61,858 nt of DNA from Chiloscyllium plagiosum (GCF_004010195.1 NC_057719.1:13750731-13812588), one strand, 5' to 3'; positions 37,468 to 51,036 are shown, numbered from the stretch's first letter. Numbers and translations are program-made. The notes: a model not told the origin generated them from the letters alone.

Positions 37468-37773
37468 ATCAGACCATCGTACAGTGTGGAAACTGACCCT
37501 TCGACCCAACAACTCCACATCAACCCACCGAGATCCATTCCCCCTTCCTAATAATTACCCCTGACTAACCTACACGTCACTGAACACTATGGGCAATTTA
37601 GCATGGCCATTTCACCTAACCTGCACATCTTTTGGATGTGGGAGGAAACCGGAGCAAACCCACGCAGACACGGGGAGAACGTGCAACCTCCACATAGAGA
37701 GTCACCCGAGGCTGGAATCAAACCCGGGTCCCTGGCACAGTGAGGTAGTAGTGCTAACCACTGAGCCACCGTG
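37468..37773 (-). mobile_element. HE1-type SINE
   Basis: Family similarity. Confidence 0.85.
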
Positions 37774-38579
37774 CAGCTCACAGAGGGCGACGAGGGAAGT
37801 GGGAGAGGGTTGAACACTCTCTCAAGATGTCACATTGCTGTAGATTTGCAGCCCGTTAGTGGCTCTTGATTCTTAATGCCACCTCAGCAGTTTAATAAGC
37901 AGCACCTTTCAGATGTGCTCAGATTGCTTCCTGCCCACTCTCTGCCAGAGCTCTGTTCCTTGAACAGCCAGCGCGCTGACGAAAGCACAGCGCAGAGAAT
38001 AGGAAAGACGCAAATCTAGTTCAGTCACTGGCTATTTTGTCCTATTTAGTGCTGCAGCATGTGTAACTCCAACTGAGATTTCAGTTATGCTGCATTCACA
38101 GGTAGGCGACACTCTGACTGGAGGAGATTTGTTTGCTTTTTTTTGTGGCAAATTACATTCTCCGCAGTGGAGAAAGTAGGTCAATTTTCATTTGTCAATT
38201 TAATTTGCTGCTAAGTGGAGAGAGTGTCTGGAATGATAACCCAATTCTGCACACTGGGGTCTGGGTTTTGGAACAATAAGGATGTTTAGCAGCTGTCCTT
38301 TCATTCTGTGCAAATTGACTGCATCCTGTCCCACCCCACCCACTCCACCCACTGCTCAAAAAATAAAACAATTCCTCTGCCACTGGTCAGCCATTTGCAA
38401 TATTGTAAAGAATTATCAGGAACAGGGATTAGAGCTGGATCCCTTCTGAAAACAATTTCAGGCTACACCATAGCCACACCAGCATTTTTAACCCTCAAAA
38501 GCATTCCAAGGTGCTTTGTAGGGGGAATAAGAAATACTGAAGGTGGAATCTGAGCAGGTTGGCTATGGAGAGATTTGTG

Positions 38580-39530
38580 GTCATAGAGCCAGACTTGTAC
38601 AGCATGCAAACAGAACCTTCAGTCCAACTGATCCATGCCCACCACATATCCTAAATTAATCTAGTTCCATTTGCTAGCATTTGGCCCATAATCCTTCTTT
38701 TTTGGGGGTTACCCTCTACACTACTGCTACACAGCAGTAGTGCTTATTTTCCCCATGTCCCTTCCTATTCACGAACCCATTCAGATGCCTTTTAAATGCT
38801 GTAATTTTACCAGCCTCGGTCACTTCTTCGGGCAACTCATTCATACGTTCATCATTCTCTGTGTTAAAAAGTTGCCCTTTAGGTCTCTTTTAAATCATTC
38901 CCCTCTCACCTTAAACCTACGCCCTCTAGTTCTGGATCCCCTACAATGGGAAAAAGACCTTAGTTATTCACCCTATTCACGCCCTGCATGATTTTATAAA
39001 CCTCTATAAGGTCGCCTCTCAGCCTCCACTCCAGGGCAAATATTCAACCTGTCAAACCCTCCAATCCCGGCAACATCTTTGTGAATCTTTTCTGAACCCT
39101 TTCAAGTTTAACAACATCTTTCCCTTAGCAGGGACACCAGAATTGAACGCAGTTTTCCAAAAGTGGCTGAACCAATATCTTGTATAGCCACAACAAGACC
39201 TCCCTACTCCTATTCCCAATACACTGACCTCTTAACACCTTCTTCATTACCCTGTCTACCTACGACTCCACTTTTAAGAAACTATGAACCAGTACCCGAA
39301 AGTCTCTTTGTTTGGCAACACTCCCCAGGATCCTCCCATTAAGTGTATAAGTCCTGCTCTCATTTGCTTTGCTGAAATGCAACACCTCATATTTATCTAA
39401 ATTAAACTACATCCACCACTCTTCAGCTCATTTGCCCATGTGTTCAAGTCCTGTTGTACTCTAAAGAAACCTTCTTCACTGTTCTCTAAACCACCATAGT
39501 GAGAGTAACCTTGATATCAGGAACCTCCTG
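38580..39530 (-). mobile_element. CR1 3' fragment
   Basis: Similar to 26820-27577. Confidence 0.85.
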
Positions 39531-39579
39531 CTATACCTTTTACGCTTTTCACAATATAAGCGCCCCCCCTTTCCACAAG

Positions 39580-39878
39580 GGGGCAGCACAGTGGTTAGTA
39601 CTGCTGCCTCACAGCGCCAGGGGCCCAGGTTCAATTCCAGCCTCGGGTGACTGTCTGTGTGGAATTTGCACTTACTCCCTGTGTCTGTGCGGGTTTCCTC
39701 TGGGTGCTCTGGTTTCCTCCTACAATCCAAAGATGTGCATGGGCCATGCTAAATTGCCTGTAGTCAGAGGTAAATATAGGGTAGGGGAATGGGTCTGGGT
39801 GGGTTACTTTTCAGAGGGTTGGTGTGGACTTGTTGGGCCAAAGGGCCTGTTTCCGTTTTGTAGAGAATCTAATCTAAC
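39580..39878 (+). mobile_element. HE1-type SINE
   Basis: A/B boxes and aatctaatcta tail. Confidence 0.9.
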
Positions 39879-40124
39879 TTGCAATAATGGCATGTTTCTT
39901 GCTGGCAACAGTGAGTTGCCAATTAAGGGGTATAGTTGCTGGTTTAGTGCCTCATGGATTGTCCATTGATGTTCAGTTTTCTCTTACCAAACATGTCAAA
40001 CCAGATACATATTGAGAAATCTTCAATCAGAGGGTATCTGGTGGATTTTTTCATTCACTCGTAGGACCTGTGTGTTGTTGGTTAGCCTGCATTTATCGCC
40101 AGTTCCCTACTTTCCCTTGGTGAG

Positions 40125-40250
40125 CTCTGAAGAAGGGTTGCCGGGCCTGAAACATTAACTCTGATTTCTTTCACAGATGCTGTCTGACCTGCTGAGCTTT
40201 TTCAGCAATTTACAATTTTGTTTCTGATTTCCAGTTTCTGCAGTTCTTTA
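40125..40250 (+). mobile_element. PLE terminal fragment (family D)
   Basis: ctgaagaagggttgccgggcctgaaacattaac core followed by the family-D 3' end. Confidence 0.65.
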
Positions 40251-41605
40251 TTTAGATACAGAGAATGGTTGATTCAAGTCGACTCCAATGTTCTCTGATG
40301 TTGTCCGGGTATTCCAGGGGTATATTTTTAGCAATTCTGGTCTGTAGGAGTTGCAGAGTGAGTGTGTCACCCAGAATCACCATGTTGAATCTTGGTCGAG
40401 TCTGTTTCTTCTGAAATCCCCTTGTTCTGTGTAGTCTGATGGACATTGTGAAATGGATGAGGTGGTGATCAGTCCAGCAGTTCATCTGAGCCAATCGTAG
40501 ACATGGTGACAATCACGTCCTGAAGGAGTGTGCAGCAAACAATGGTGTAATCAATAAGATGTCATTGTTGTTTTGAGCGTGGCTTCCCCTAAGATGCTTT
40601 GAACTTGTTTTTCTGTTAGAAGAATGTATTTATGATGGTGAGGTTATGCTCAGTGCATTTTGTATGAAGAAAGACTCCAGTGGAGTTGATGTTGTCAATA
40701 GCTTCCCTTTCTATGGTGCCATTCCAAAGGTCGTGGCCTTGACCAACCCTGACATTGAAATCTCCATGAAGAATTACCTTATCCTCATTGAGGCTGCTTG
40801 ACAACAGTGTAGTAAGGTTGGCACAGAATGTCTCCTTTATGTCCTCCTCTGCATCAAAGGTTGGGGCATAAGCGCTCACAACTGTAGACATCTTGTTGAT
40901 AGTGAGCATCAGGCGGGTGGTCATGAGTTGGTCATTGAACCCCATAGGAAGTTCAGAGAAGCAACTGATAAGCTGGTTCTTAATTGCGCATCCAACACAG
41001 TGAATTCTGGGCTCATCCGCAGCCTTCCCTTTTCAGAAGAAGGTATAACTATCTTCCATCTCCTTCAGTCGCCCATTGTTTGCAAGGTGGGTTTCGGAAA
41101 GAGCAGCTAGGTTGATCTGGCAACTCTTCAGTTCATTGGCTATGGTCGCAGTTCTTCTCTCAGGTCGGTCACTGTTAGCTGAGTCCTTCAGGGTTCTTAC
41201 ATTCCAGGCTCCAATTATTATTATATAATAATATTATTATTCATTTATTATTCTTTGTTTCTGACCTCATGTGTGCGAACCTCTCAGACGCGGTAACCCT
41301 CTCAGGAGTTGTGAGGCAGGTTATTTTTAGGACCCTTCCCACTGGGGTGAGCAGAGCAGATCGTAAACAGGGCTGCTCAGTGGTGGGTACAGCTGCTGAA
41401 ATGCTCTATCTGCCTCGCCCGGGGCAAGACTGAATCGGACACCCACCACCTAATGTGTCAGCCTGTGACTAGGGGTTCCTAGACATCACAGTCCTTCCCC
41501 CCTCCCTCTTGGGTGGTCGCCTGTGTGTGACGTTTTTTGTCATGGGGAGGCTGATGCACAGACAGCCACCACACCGACCTTGGCAGATGGGGGTCAAAGC
41601 TCAGG

Positions 41606-41726
41606 AGAAAGTGAGGTCTGCAGATGCTGGAGATCAGAGCTGGAAATGTGTTGCTGGAAAAGCGCAGCAGGTCAGGCAGCATCCAGGGAACAGGAGAATC
41701 GACGTTTCGGGCATAAGCCCTTCTCC
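41606..41726 (-). mobile_element. Single-arm PLE terminus with tail (family A), truncated in the hammerhead core
   Basis: Perfect 13-bp TSD gtcaaagctcagg (41593-605, 41727-39). Confidence 0.9.
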
Positions 41727-41783
41727 GTCAAAGCTCAGGGGCATGGAGACCAAAACAACTGACAGCCCTTCCCAACTGTTGTG

Positions 41784-42064
41784 GAATCATAGAATCCCTA
41801 CAATTTGGAAGCAAACCATCTGGCCATTCGAGACCACACCGACCCTCCAAGGGCATCCCACCCTCTCCCTGTAACCTCGCATTTCCCATGGCCAATCCAC
41901 CTAACCTGCACATCTTTGGACTGTGAGAGGAAACGCACAGAAAGCTAACAAAGACACGGTAGAATGTGCAAACTCCACACGGGCAGTCGTCCTAGGCTGG
42001 AATCGAACCTGGGTCCCTGGCGCTGTGAGGCAGCCATGATAACTACTGAGCCACTGTGCCACCC
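41784..42064 (-). mobile_element. HE1-type SINE inside the RTE 5' UTR
   Basis: Family similarity. Confidence 0.85.
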
Positions 42065-42269
42065 CAGTTGTGATGCTCTAATTTAAGTTCAGCTATCATC
42101 CTCCAGCTACTCTGCCATTGAGGTCTTCATGGATGGTGCTTTGTCTGGAACCTCTCCCCTTGACCTTACCATCATGGGTGACCTATGCTTCAGATAGTTT
42201 AGCTCTCAGGTTCCCAGTACTCACTAGCCTCTCCACCACAACAAGATGGTAATCCTCCGAGAGGCATTG

Positions 42270-43155
42270 GCCCTGGGTTGATCCCTTGACTTGATGGTAA
42301 TAGCTGGGTTGGGGGATATGTTGAGCCATGAGATTGCAAATTGCGATAAAGTTCAATTCTGCTGCTGCTGATGGCTCATAGCACCTCATGAATGCTGAGT
42401 TGTGAGTTACTAGATCTGTTTGGAGTCTATTCCATTTAGCACAGTGGAGGAGCCACTCAGCAGACAGTGGAGTGTTTTCATTATGAAGACAAAGACTGTG
42501 TGGTGGTCACTCTAACCAATGAAAAATCATGGGCAGATGCATCAATGATAGGAAGATTGTTGAGTATGAGTTAAAATGTGTTTTTCCCTCTTGTTGCTTC
42601 TTTCACCACCTGCCACAGTCTAGCAACAAAGTACTTTTGGATGTGACCAGTTTGATCAGTAGTTCTGCTGCCGAACCACTCTTGGTAATGGGTATCGAAG
42701 ACCCAGAATACATTCTGCAACCTTATCACTCTCAGTGTTTCCTCCAAGTGTTGTTCAACATGTTCGCATCATCCGAGGGATGAGGGTTATCCTTGGTAAT
42801 AAGCAGGAGATTTCCCTGCCCATGTTTGACCTGATGTGATGAGATTTCATGAAGTCTGGAGCCAATGTTTCATCCTCCTAGGGTAATTGTCTCCTGACTG
42901 TGTCAGCACCTCAGCTGGATTTGTTCCGCTCGTGGGAGAGGACATACCCAGGGATGGTGATGGTGGCATCCGTAAGGTGTGCTTCCGTGAGTATGACTAC
43001 ATCAGGCTGTTGTTTGACTCATCAGTGAGACAGTTCTCGAATCTTGGCACGAGCCCCCAGACGTGTGTAAAGAGAACTCTGCAGGGTCAATGAGGCTGAA
43101 ACCACTGTCATCATTGCTGGGGCTGAGGTCAGCGCTATGGATTCTGTCCAGTCAC
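42270..43155 (-). mobile_element. Decayed CR1/Zenon-like LINE internal fragments
   Basis: Similar to 30290-30670; recalled shark LINE sequence. Confidence 0.55.
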
Positions 43156-43170
43156 CGGTGTTACATAAAT

Positions 43171-43414
43171 GCAATGCAATAAAACGAGGAACTGCTAGAA
43201 ATCTGAAAAAACAAACAGAAATTCCTGGAGAAACTCAGCAGGTTTGGCAGTATCTGTGGAGAGAAAGCAGCGTTAATGTTTGAGGTCCCGTGACCCTTCT
43301 TCAGAACATTCTGAAGTGTTATGCAAAAGGGTCACTGAACTTGAAACGTTAACTCTGTTTTCACTCCACAGACACTGCCAGGCCTGTCGAGTTTCTCCCC
43401 AATTTCTGATTTTC
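43171..43414. mobile_element. PLE-derived palindromic insertion (family D)
   Basis: Perfect 10-bp TSD ttacataaat (43161-70, 43415-24); minus-strand GUU-CUGAAGA-A-GGGUC..GACCU-cAAACAUU-AAC at 43272-43307. Confidence 0.8.
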
Positions 43415-43822
43415 TTACATAAATTTCAGTAGCTGGCTGAAAGAAGCAGGGGGAGAAAACACTGTAGAGGGCGAGATGGGTGCTGAAATCAAGGAAACGA
43501 CAACAAGATTCAAAACGCAAAGTTTTGGGGGTTAACAGTCCAGTGTGGGTGAGCAAGTAATGATGGTGAGTGGGACCTAAAGGTTCAGGTTTTGGTAAGT
43601 TGGAGTTAGCTGAAGTCCACAAAGGGAAGAATTGAAGAAATCCTGACTGGAGGAGACAAGAACAGAGCTCTGAGTTGCATTATTAGACAAGAAGGGCTCA
43701 ATGAATTTGAATACTGTTGTCACATGCTGATGGGATTGTGGTTGCACTTGCAGTGTGTTCTTTAGTCATCATGCTGAGGAGATAGCCTAAATTCTGGTAC
43801 CATGTTAAGGCCGTGATATACT

Positions 43823-44082
43823 GCCGATGTGGAGTTTGAACTTTATCCCCGTGTCCACATGGGGTTTCCTCCAGGTGCTCTGGTTCCCTCCCACAGTCCA
43901 AAGATGTGCCAATTATGTGGATTGGCCATGCTAAATTGCCCTTAGTGTGCAGCCTAAGTGAGTTAGCCATGGAAAATGTAGGATTATAGGGATAGTTTGG
44001 GTTTGGGTAGCGTGTTCTTTGGAGCGTCGGTGTGCACTTAAAGGGCCGAATCACCTGCTTCTACTATGTAGGGATTCTATGA
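43823..44082 (+). mobile_element. HE1-type SINE, 5' truncated
   Basis: Core tgtggagtttg...ctaaattgccc. Confidence 0.8.
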
Positions 44083-44302
44083 TAGGAACAGAAAGAGGCC
44101 ATTCAGCCCATTGAGTCGACTCTACCATTTAGATGATGGCTCATATATTTCCCAATCTCATTGTCCTGCCTTCACCTCATTAACCATGATCCCCACACTA
44201 ATCAAGAACCTATCTATCTCTGTCTTAAAAACACTCAATGATTTGACATCCACAGCCCTCTGTGGCAATGAGTTCCACAGATTCACCACTCTGTGGCTGA
44301 AG

Positions 44303-44490
44303 TAAAAAATCACGCAACACCAGGTTATAGTCCAACAGGTTTATTTGGGAGCACTAGCCTTTGAAGCGCTGCTCATTACCTGATGAAATCTAGTACTTCC
44401 AAATAACTCTGTTGGACTATATCCTGGTATTGTGTGATTTTTAATTTTGTCCACCCTAGTCCAACACCAGCTGCTCCACATCATGACATT
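44303..44490. mobile_element. PLE-derived palindromic insertion (family E), hammerhead stem II deleted
   Basis: 9-bp TSD tggctgaag (44294-302, 44491-99); same arms as 17315-17507. Confidence 0.85.
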
Positions 44491-44959
44491 TGGCTGAAGA
44501 AATTCTCCTTGTCGTAGTTTTAAAGGTTCATCCCTTCCCTCTGAGACCCCGCCCTTGGGTCCTAATCTCTTTTGGAAAGTCTCAAATACTCTTGATCCTT
44601 CCAGCCCTACAAAATAATTCCAAACTCACCAGGCCATGGAATATGGTCAGAGTATACAAGGGATCACTTCTGATCTAAAACAGCACCATGCATTCTGAAG
44701 CTCTGATTTTCATATTGAGAAAACGAGGTGCCTTCCACTTGAAACAGGGAGGAGTTGTGGGTTCTCAATATGGTTGTTAATTTTTGAAATGCTGCTGGCC
44801 TCTTTGCCAGTGTTAATGTGACAATAAGGCTTTCACTCTCGCACTGTGACTATTGTCTTCTGATTAACATCACATAATCGAGATGAAAATAAACCTCCAT
44901 CACAGGGTTTCTGTAAAGCATTGCCAGCAAAGCCAGGTGAGCTCTGAAGTAATGGGGAT

Positions 44960-45071
44960 GAAGGGCTCCTGCCCGAAACGTCGATTTTCCTGCTCCTTGA
45001 CCTGCTGTGCTTTTCCAGCACCACTCTAATCTTGACTCTGATCTCCAGCATCTGCAGTCCTCACTTTCGCC
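44960..45071 (+). mobile_element. Single-arm PLE terminus starting inside the hammerhead core
   Basis: 10-bp TSD taatggggat (44950-59, 45072-81). Confidence 0.85.
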
Positions 45072-46514
45072 TAATGGGGATTTGCACAGCTCCTTTACAA
45101 CATACAGAGTGGGGGGTAACATTGATTTAATCAAAAAAGCACAGACTCCAGCCACTTTCAGAACATATAACTGTTCATCAGCAATTTAGATACGAGCTCA
45201 AACCATTTTCCAACCTTATAAATAGTTCCCTACCTCTTGCTGAAAATGTCTATTTTCTGAACAGTTTGGCCATCGTTTCATCCTCAAGGACAATACACAG
45301 CAATTTGTAGCAGAGTTTAAAATCTCGCCTTCCATTCTCCCTAAAATATTACACCATAAACCATTTTTCTGATTTTCTCATCACCCTCAGATAAACATTA
45401 ATGAATTTAATTTCGGCGGCATGCTACTTTACTGCAGCAGTTAATGCGTTCACATTAATTCTTTTCTGCACTATTTTAATGGAATTGGTAACCCATTTAA
45501 AATAAACAGGTTAATGATGTTTGTGAGGTAGCGCTGACAGGAATTTATGCAGCTTCATTAACTGCTCCTGAGGAAGGAGGAGTAGGTTCAGTGTATTGTC
45601 TACCTTGGCATGCTGGATGTAGAATAATTACAGAGTCACTGTTTAAATTTGTGTCACACAGACCAAATTTTTCTTCGCAAAAGCAAGCGTCGTTGTGAAA
45701 TCTTTGCTGTTCGAGTAAAACTTTCTTCAATTGTATCTGTCTCAGTAAAGTGTAGAGACCCTAAATCTCTCACTGTGCAAGGCAATTTACTTAGAGCAAG
45801 CCGATGGCAAATGACTATAGCTTGCAACTCACAGGCATAGCCTGTTATTGTTTGTAAAGCCAGCTCTGTTTCCTTCACCTGAGCAAGTTGCCAAAGTCAT
45901 CCCAATGTTCAAAGGCTGAACTGCACCTTTGAAGCCATACAGGCCAGTGATTGGCTGCAGCCTTCATTATAGGGAGGAAACCACACATTCTTTTATTATT
46001 TCATAGCATGGGGGCACCTCTGGCAGGGACAGCGTTTATCACTGATCCCTGGTTATCCTTGTAGTGCTGGTGGCGAGGCTGAACTAATGCCTGGAACAAG
46101 GGCTATATGGTGCCAGTAGGGAAACATAGCAATCATTGAAGATGGGGGACTGCTGAGAGATTGACTGAGAAGGAATGTGGCTGTATCATGTGAGCAGGTA
46201 ATGGAGTTAACAACCAAGGCAACGGAGCAGAAGGAGGCAACGGGTCAAGAAAGGAATGAGAGAAGCAAAGAGCCACAGGATTTAACAAAGGGAAGTAAAA
46301 AGGTCTTCCTGATAGGCCTGGGCTCACTCCAAAATAGCAAGGGCTGTATGAGATGATAATGACAAATGACATCAGCTTATGCCTTGGAAGCACTTGATGC
46401 ACTTAAGCTTCATAACTCCCAATCTGTTTCTGACAATAGGAAAGCAAATCCAATTGTTTACTGCAAGATGTTGCCATCTCTCAGCAGCCATCCAAGCTGA
46501 CTGATCCTTTATAC

Positions 46515-46686
46515 TGGAAGTAGGATTGCTTACTGAGCTGGAAGGTTCATTTCCAGACATTTCGCCCAGAGGCCCACAAATGATGTTACCTAGTATGGTG
46601 ACGAAACGTCTGGAAAAAACCTTCTAGCTTAGCGAGCAACATCTAGAACCTCAATCTGAGCTACAAATCTTCTCAAAAGTCACTAA
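46515..46686. mobile_element. PLE-derived palindromic insertion (family C-like)
   Basis: 12-bp TSD gatcctttatac (46503-14, 46687-98); stem II GUUACC/GGUGAC then GAAACGUC, with the CUGA box mutated. Confidence 0.8.
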
Positions 46687-47931
46687 GATCCTTTATACAG
46701 CTAAGTGATCAAACACTGATTCCCAAAAACATTGTGCATTGGTTACCTAATTTACAAACGATCAGTGGATTTCTAGGTGCTGAGCATATCAGAAATATCA
46801 CCAGATCTGTATGTCTGCCAGTTCCATCATCTTCTGTGACACATTGTCTGTTTGTCGAGGATTGGTTGGGAGGGAGAATGGAGTGGTTGGGAGTTGAGGT
46901 GGAGCTGGAGGATTGAATTAAACATGCATTTTTATAATCTTCATCTGGTTTATGGGGAATGGATTCTAAAGGGCTCAGTTCCAGACTAGTTGCACTGATT
47001 GTCAAGCTGGTAAATTTCTTTTTCTCTATGTACTTGCTCAAGTCCTTCAAAGATGTTAGAGAAACTGCCAAGTAAAGTCAGCATTTGCCATGACCAGTCC
47101 TAGCATGATAGATACTGGAGTCACAGCACATGAGCACGCAAGTTGTAGGAGTAGACAAATCACTCGGCCCCTTAGGTCTGACATCATAGCTGACCTGTCC
47201 AGACCTCAACTCCTCTTTCATGCCAGCTCATAAAATCCTCAACTGCCTGATGGCTCAAAAATTTTACCACCTCCTCTTTAAATATTTTCAATGATCTGTC
47301 TTCCACAACTGTCCACAGATGTGCAGATTAGGTGGACTTGCCATGGTACATTACCCTGTAGTGTCCAGGGTTGTGTAGCTGTGGTGGATTGGTCATGGTA
47401 AAGTGGGGTTACGTGGATAGGATGGGTGCTGGCTCTGGATGGTTAATGAAGGCTTGATGGGCCAAATGGTCTCTATCTGCACTGTAGGGTTTCTATGTTT
47501 CTATGAAACTCTCTGGGGTAGAGAATTCCAGACATTTATTACCTACTGGGAAAAGAAATCTCTTTGCTTCTGTTTTAAATGAATATCAAATGTTATTTGA
47601 TAACAATGCCCCATTGTTCAAGATACCTCCTCTTCTGGAAATGTCTTCTCGACATCTTCATTCTCAAGCCCCCTCAGAATCTTAGATGTTCCATTAAGAT
47701 CACCCTTCATTCTTCTAAACACTAAAGAATAAGGCCTAACCCATTTTGCCTTTCTTGATAAGTCAGCCTCCATCATCCCAGCCATCAGCATTACTGAACA
47801 ATCTTCAATGTCAGTGCATCTGTTCAAATACATGGGGATCAAAATTGTACATAGTATTCCAGGTGAACCCTCACTAACATCCTGCACAGATGGAACTAAA
47901 CTGCCCTAGCCTTTCCAGGAGAGGACAAACT

Positions 47932-48270
47932 GGAGCGGCATTGGTGGCTCAGTGGCTAGCACTGTTGCTTCACAGCGCCAGGGAGGGTTTGATTCCTGCC
48001 TTGCGTGACTATCTGTGTGGAGTTTGCACATTCTCTCTGTGTCTGCATCAGTTTCCTCCCGGTGCTCCAGTTTCCTCCCACAGTCCAGAGATGTGCAGGT
48101 TGGGTGAATTGACCATGCTAAATTGCCCATAATGTTGAGGGATGTGTAGGTTAAGTGCATTAGTTAGGGGTAAATATAGGGTAGAGAAATGGGTCTGGGT
48201 GGGTTACTCTTCAGAGGGTTGGTGTGGACTTGCTTGGCTGAAGGATCTATTTTCACACTGTAGGGATTCA
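47932..48270 (+). mobile_element. HE1-type SINE
   Basis: Family similarity. Confidence 0.9.
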
Positions 48271-48597
48271 TTGAAAAAAAAGGCAGAATAAGTGCAGTTT
48301 TCAGCTCTTGTGAACTTGTGTCAGATTGTGGACACATTTGTGCTTTGTACATGCATCTTTGACAGAGATGGAAATAAGTTCACTTTTTAAAAAAAGTCAA
48401 ATTAAGATGTGACACACTTAAATGTTAGCTGGAGTTAGAGTCAGAGTAATCACATTACAAAATCTTCTCGGAGAGAAAATCGCACACGTTGTGAATTGGA
48501 TACAAGTTTCTGAATTCGATATCAAATGCATTAATTTGTATAGCTAATGGGCATGATGAGAGTGCACAGTCTTAAATCCTCAGCCAAACCCAGGTCA

Positions 48598-48894
48598 TTG
48601 GCTCAGTGGTTAGCACTGATGCCTCACAGCAACTGGGTTTGATTCTAGCCTCGGGCAACCGTCTGTGAGGAGTTTGCACATTCTCCCTGTGCCTGCATGG
48701 GTTTCCTCTGGGTGCTCTGGTTTCCTCCCACAGTTAAAAAGGTGTGCAGGTTAGTGTGGATTGGCTATGGGAAATGCAGGGTTACGGGGTTACAGGGATA
48801 GGGTAGGGGGTGGGTCTGGGTGGGATGCTCTTTGGAGGGCTAGTATGGATCTGATGGGCTGAATATTCCTGATTCCACACTGGAGAGATTCTAT
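48598..48894 (+). mobile_element. HE1-type SINE
   Basis: Family similarity. Confidence 0.85.
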
Positions 48895-50172
48895 AAGGAG
48901 TGCCGGAAGGAGCAGACGTGGTTGTACATTAGATGGGTGAAATTAATGAGCACGAGCATAATTTGGCATTTCATCTGGAAGTAGACTAAATGAAAGTGCA
49001 ACAAATTAACCTCTTGCTGTTGAATTCATAAATGTTCCATTTCCTGCTTTAATCCAATTGGAATTGAAAAAGGCTTTGAAATGAAAGAAAATTCTCAGTA
49101 ATGGTGCAATAACATTGAAATACATCAGTGTTTAAACATAGCTGGACATCAAAAATTAATAAACACAGATATTTCAATACTTCTCTGACAAATATTGATA
49201 CAAAAATGCTTTCTGGAAGTTCTCAAGAGCACTCCCCATCCATGTCAATTGTGGTCATTGAATTCATGTGAATCCATTCTGCAGGAGCTCCCAGCTCTTG
49301 ACTTCTGCTTTTTCAGATAATTTAACTTTTACTCATTTTGCTCTTGCTTTGTTTTGTGGAAGGTGCCTTTATATATTATTCCTTTATTCTGCCCTTTAAG
49401 TGATGACATAGGAGACATTTCCTAACCCCAATCTCAACAGGCTTGTCAACTCTAATTACAGGCAAAAGACGACAAGTAGAAAGCATGAAATTATTAAAAT
49501 GGATGACACAAGGTATGCTTATTTTCTTACAAGACAATCCCATTTGAAGGGTTGTTTTCTGTTCACTACAGATGTTAAACCTTTGTTCCATTATCAGAAA
49601 TGACAAGCAGGCCGATGGAAGTATTGTGAATGGAAACAATCGTAACAATTAGCGAATATATGCAATTGTTCGTTTGCTTTAATTTATTCGATGTTCTTCT
49701 TTCTCTTGTCATTTCTTCTCCAGAGATGGCAGCAAAGTGGTTATGTCATGAAGTTATTAAACTAGGCTAAGGATCAGGTGATGTGAGTTCAAACTGCACC
49801 CGATTGAAAGATCATATGAATTTGATTATCAAATACATCAGCATTACCATTTTGTATCAGTAATGATGACCATGTAACCACTGGATTTGGAGCAGAAAAT
49901 TATCCACTTCTAAAGCAAGTCTGTCTTTAGCTGGTCCAATCTGTATATGGACAGCTTCATCACTGTTCCCTAAATTGGCCAAGTCAACCACTCTATTGTC
50001 AAGAAGGCACCATACCACCACTTCCTCCATCAACAATAAGTGCTGTCTTTCCAAGCAATTCCCAAGCCCATTAATGAATCAATAAAACAATCACTAAATA
50101 TCAATGTTAAAAGGTACCATTGTTGATAAGAGCAGACAAATAGTATGATTGCAGGACAATATCATATTGGTA

Positions 50173-50306
50173 GGCAATATCTGAGGACTGCAGATGCTGG
50201 AAATCAGAGTCTAGATTAGAATGGTGCTGGAAAAGCACAGCCAGTCAGGCAGCATCCAAGGAGCAGAAAAATCGACGTTTCAGGCAAAAGCCCTTCGTCA
50301 GGACTG
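50173..50306 (-). mobile_element. Single-arm PLE terminus (family B)
   Basis: Ends just past a mutated core (cccttcgtcagga); possible degenerate 13-bp TSD. Confidence 0.8.
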
Positions 50307-50470
50307 TATCATTTTGTTACACACCCCACCCCTGCCTATCTCTGTAATCTCCCCCACAACTATCTGTCGTTTCTGACCTCTTAAGCATCCCAGATTAAAT
50401 TGCTCCACTAGAGTCAGTCTTTTCTTCAGATGCCCATGGACTAAGCTCTGGAATTCCCTCCCTTAACCAT

Positions 50471-50512
<42 letters not shown>
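50471..50512 (+). repeat. (TCTG)3(TC)15 microsatellite
   Basis: Direct reading. Confidence 0.95.
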
Positions 50513-50514
<2 letters not shown>

Positions 50515-50534
50515 TCTCTAAGACATCTAAACAC

Positions 50535-51036
50535 ATAGTGTCATAGAGATGTACAGCACGGAAACAAACCCTTCGGTCCAACTCGTCCATGTTGACCAAA
50601 TATCCTAACCTAATCTAGTTCCATTTTCCAGCATTTAGCCCATATCCCTCCAAACCCTTCCTACTCATATACTCTTGTCTTTTAAATGCTGTAATTGTAC
50701 CAGCCTCCACTGCTTCCTCTGGCATCCCAATCCATACACGTACCACCCTCTGCGTGAAAAGGTTGCCCCTTAGGTTTCTCTTACATCTTTCCCCTCTCAC
50801 CCTAAACCTAAGCCCCTTAGTTCTGGACTCCCCTACTCTAGGGAAAAGACCTTATTTACTTATCCTATCCATGCTCCTCATGGTTTTATAAATTTCTATA
50901 GGGTCACCCCTCAGCCTCCGACACTCCAGGGAAAACAACCCTAGCCTGTTCCGCCTCTCCCTGTAGCTCAAATCCTCCAACCCTGGCAACATCCTTGTAA
51001 ATCTTTTCTGAACCCTTTCAAGCTTCACAACATCCT
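50535..51036 (-). mobile_element. CR1 (HER1-like) 3' fragment
   Basis: ORF 50615-50800 RGNLFTQRVVRVW. Confidence 0.9.

Larger units (their letters stand above)
40255..42265 (-). mobile_element. RTE (BovB-like) LINE: 5' UTR plus AP endonuclease, RT missing
   Basis: GAWNVRTL, LSETHL, SAYAPT, GDFNVRVG, LTIINTFF and CWTDHHL motifs; 42140-42260 resembles the recalled RTE 5' UTR (ccatcttgttgtggtggagaggc...ggtcacccatg). Confidence 0.85.
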
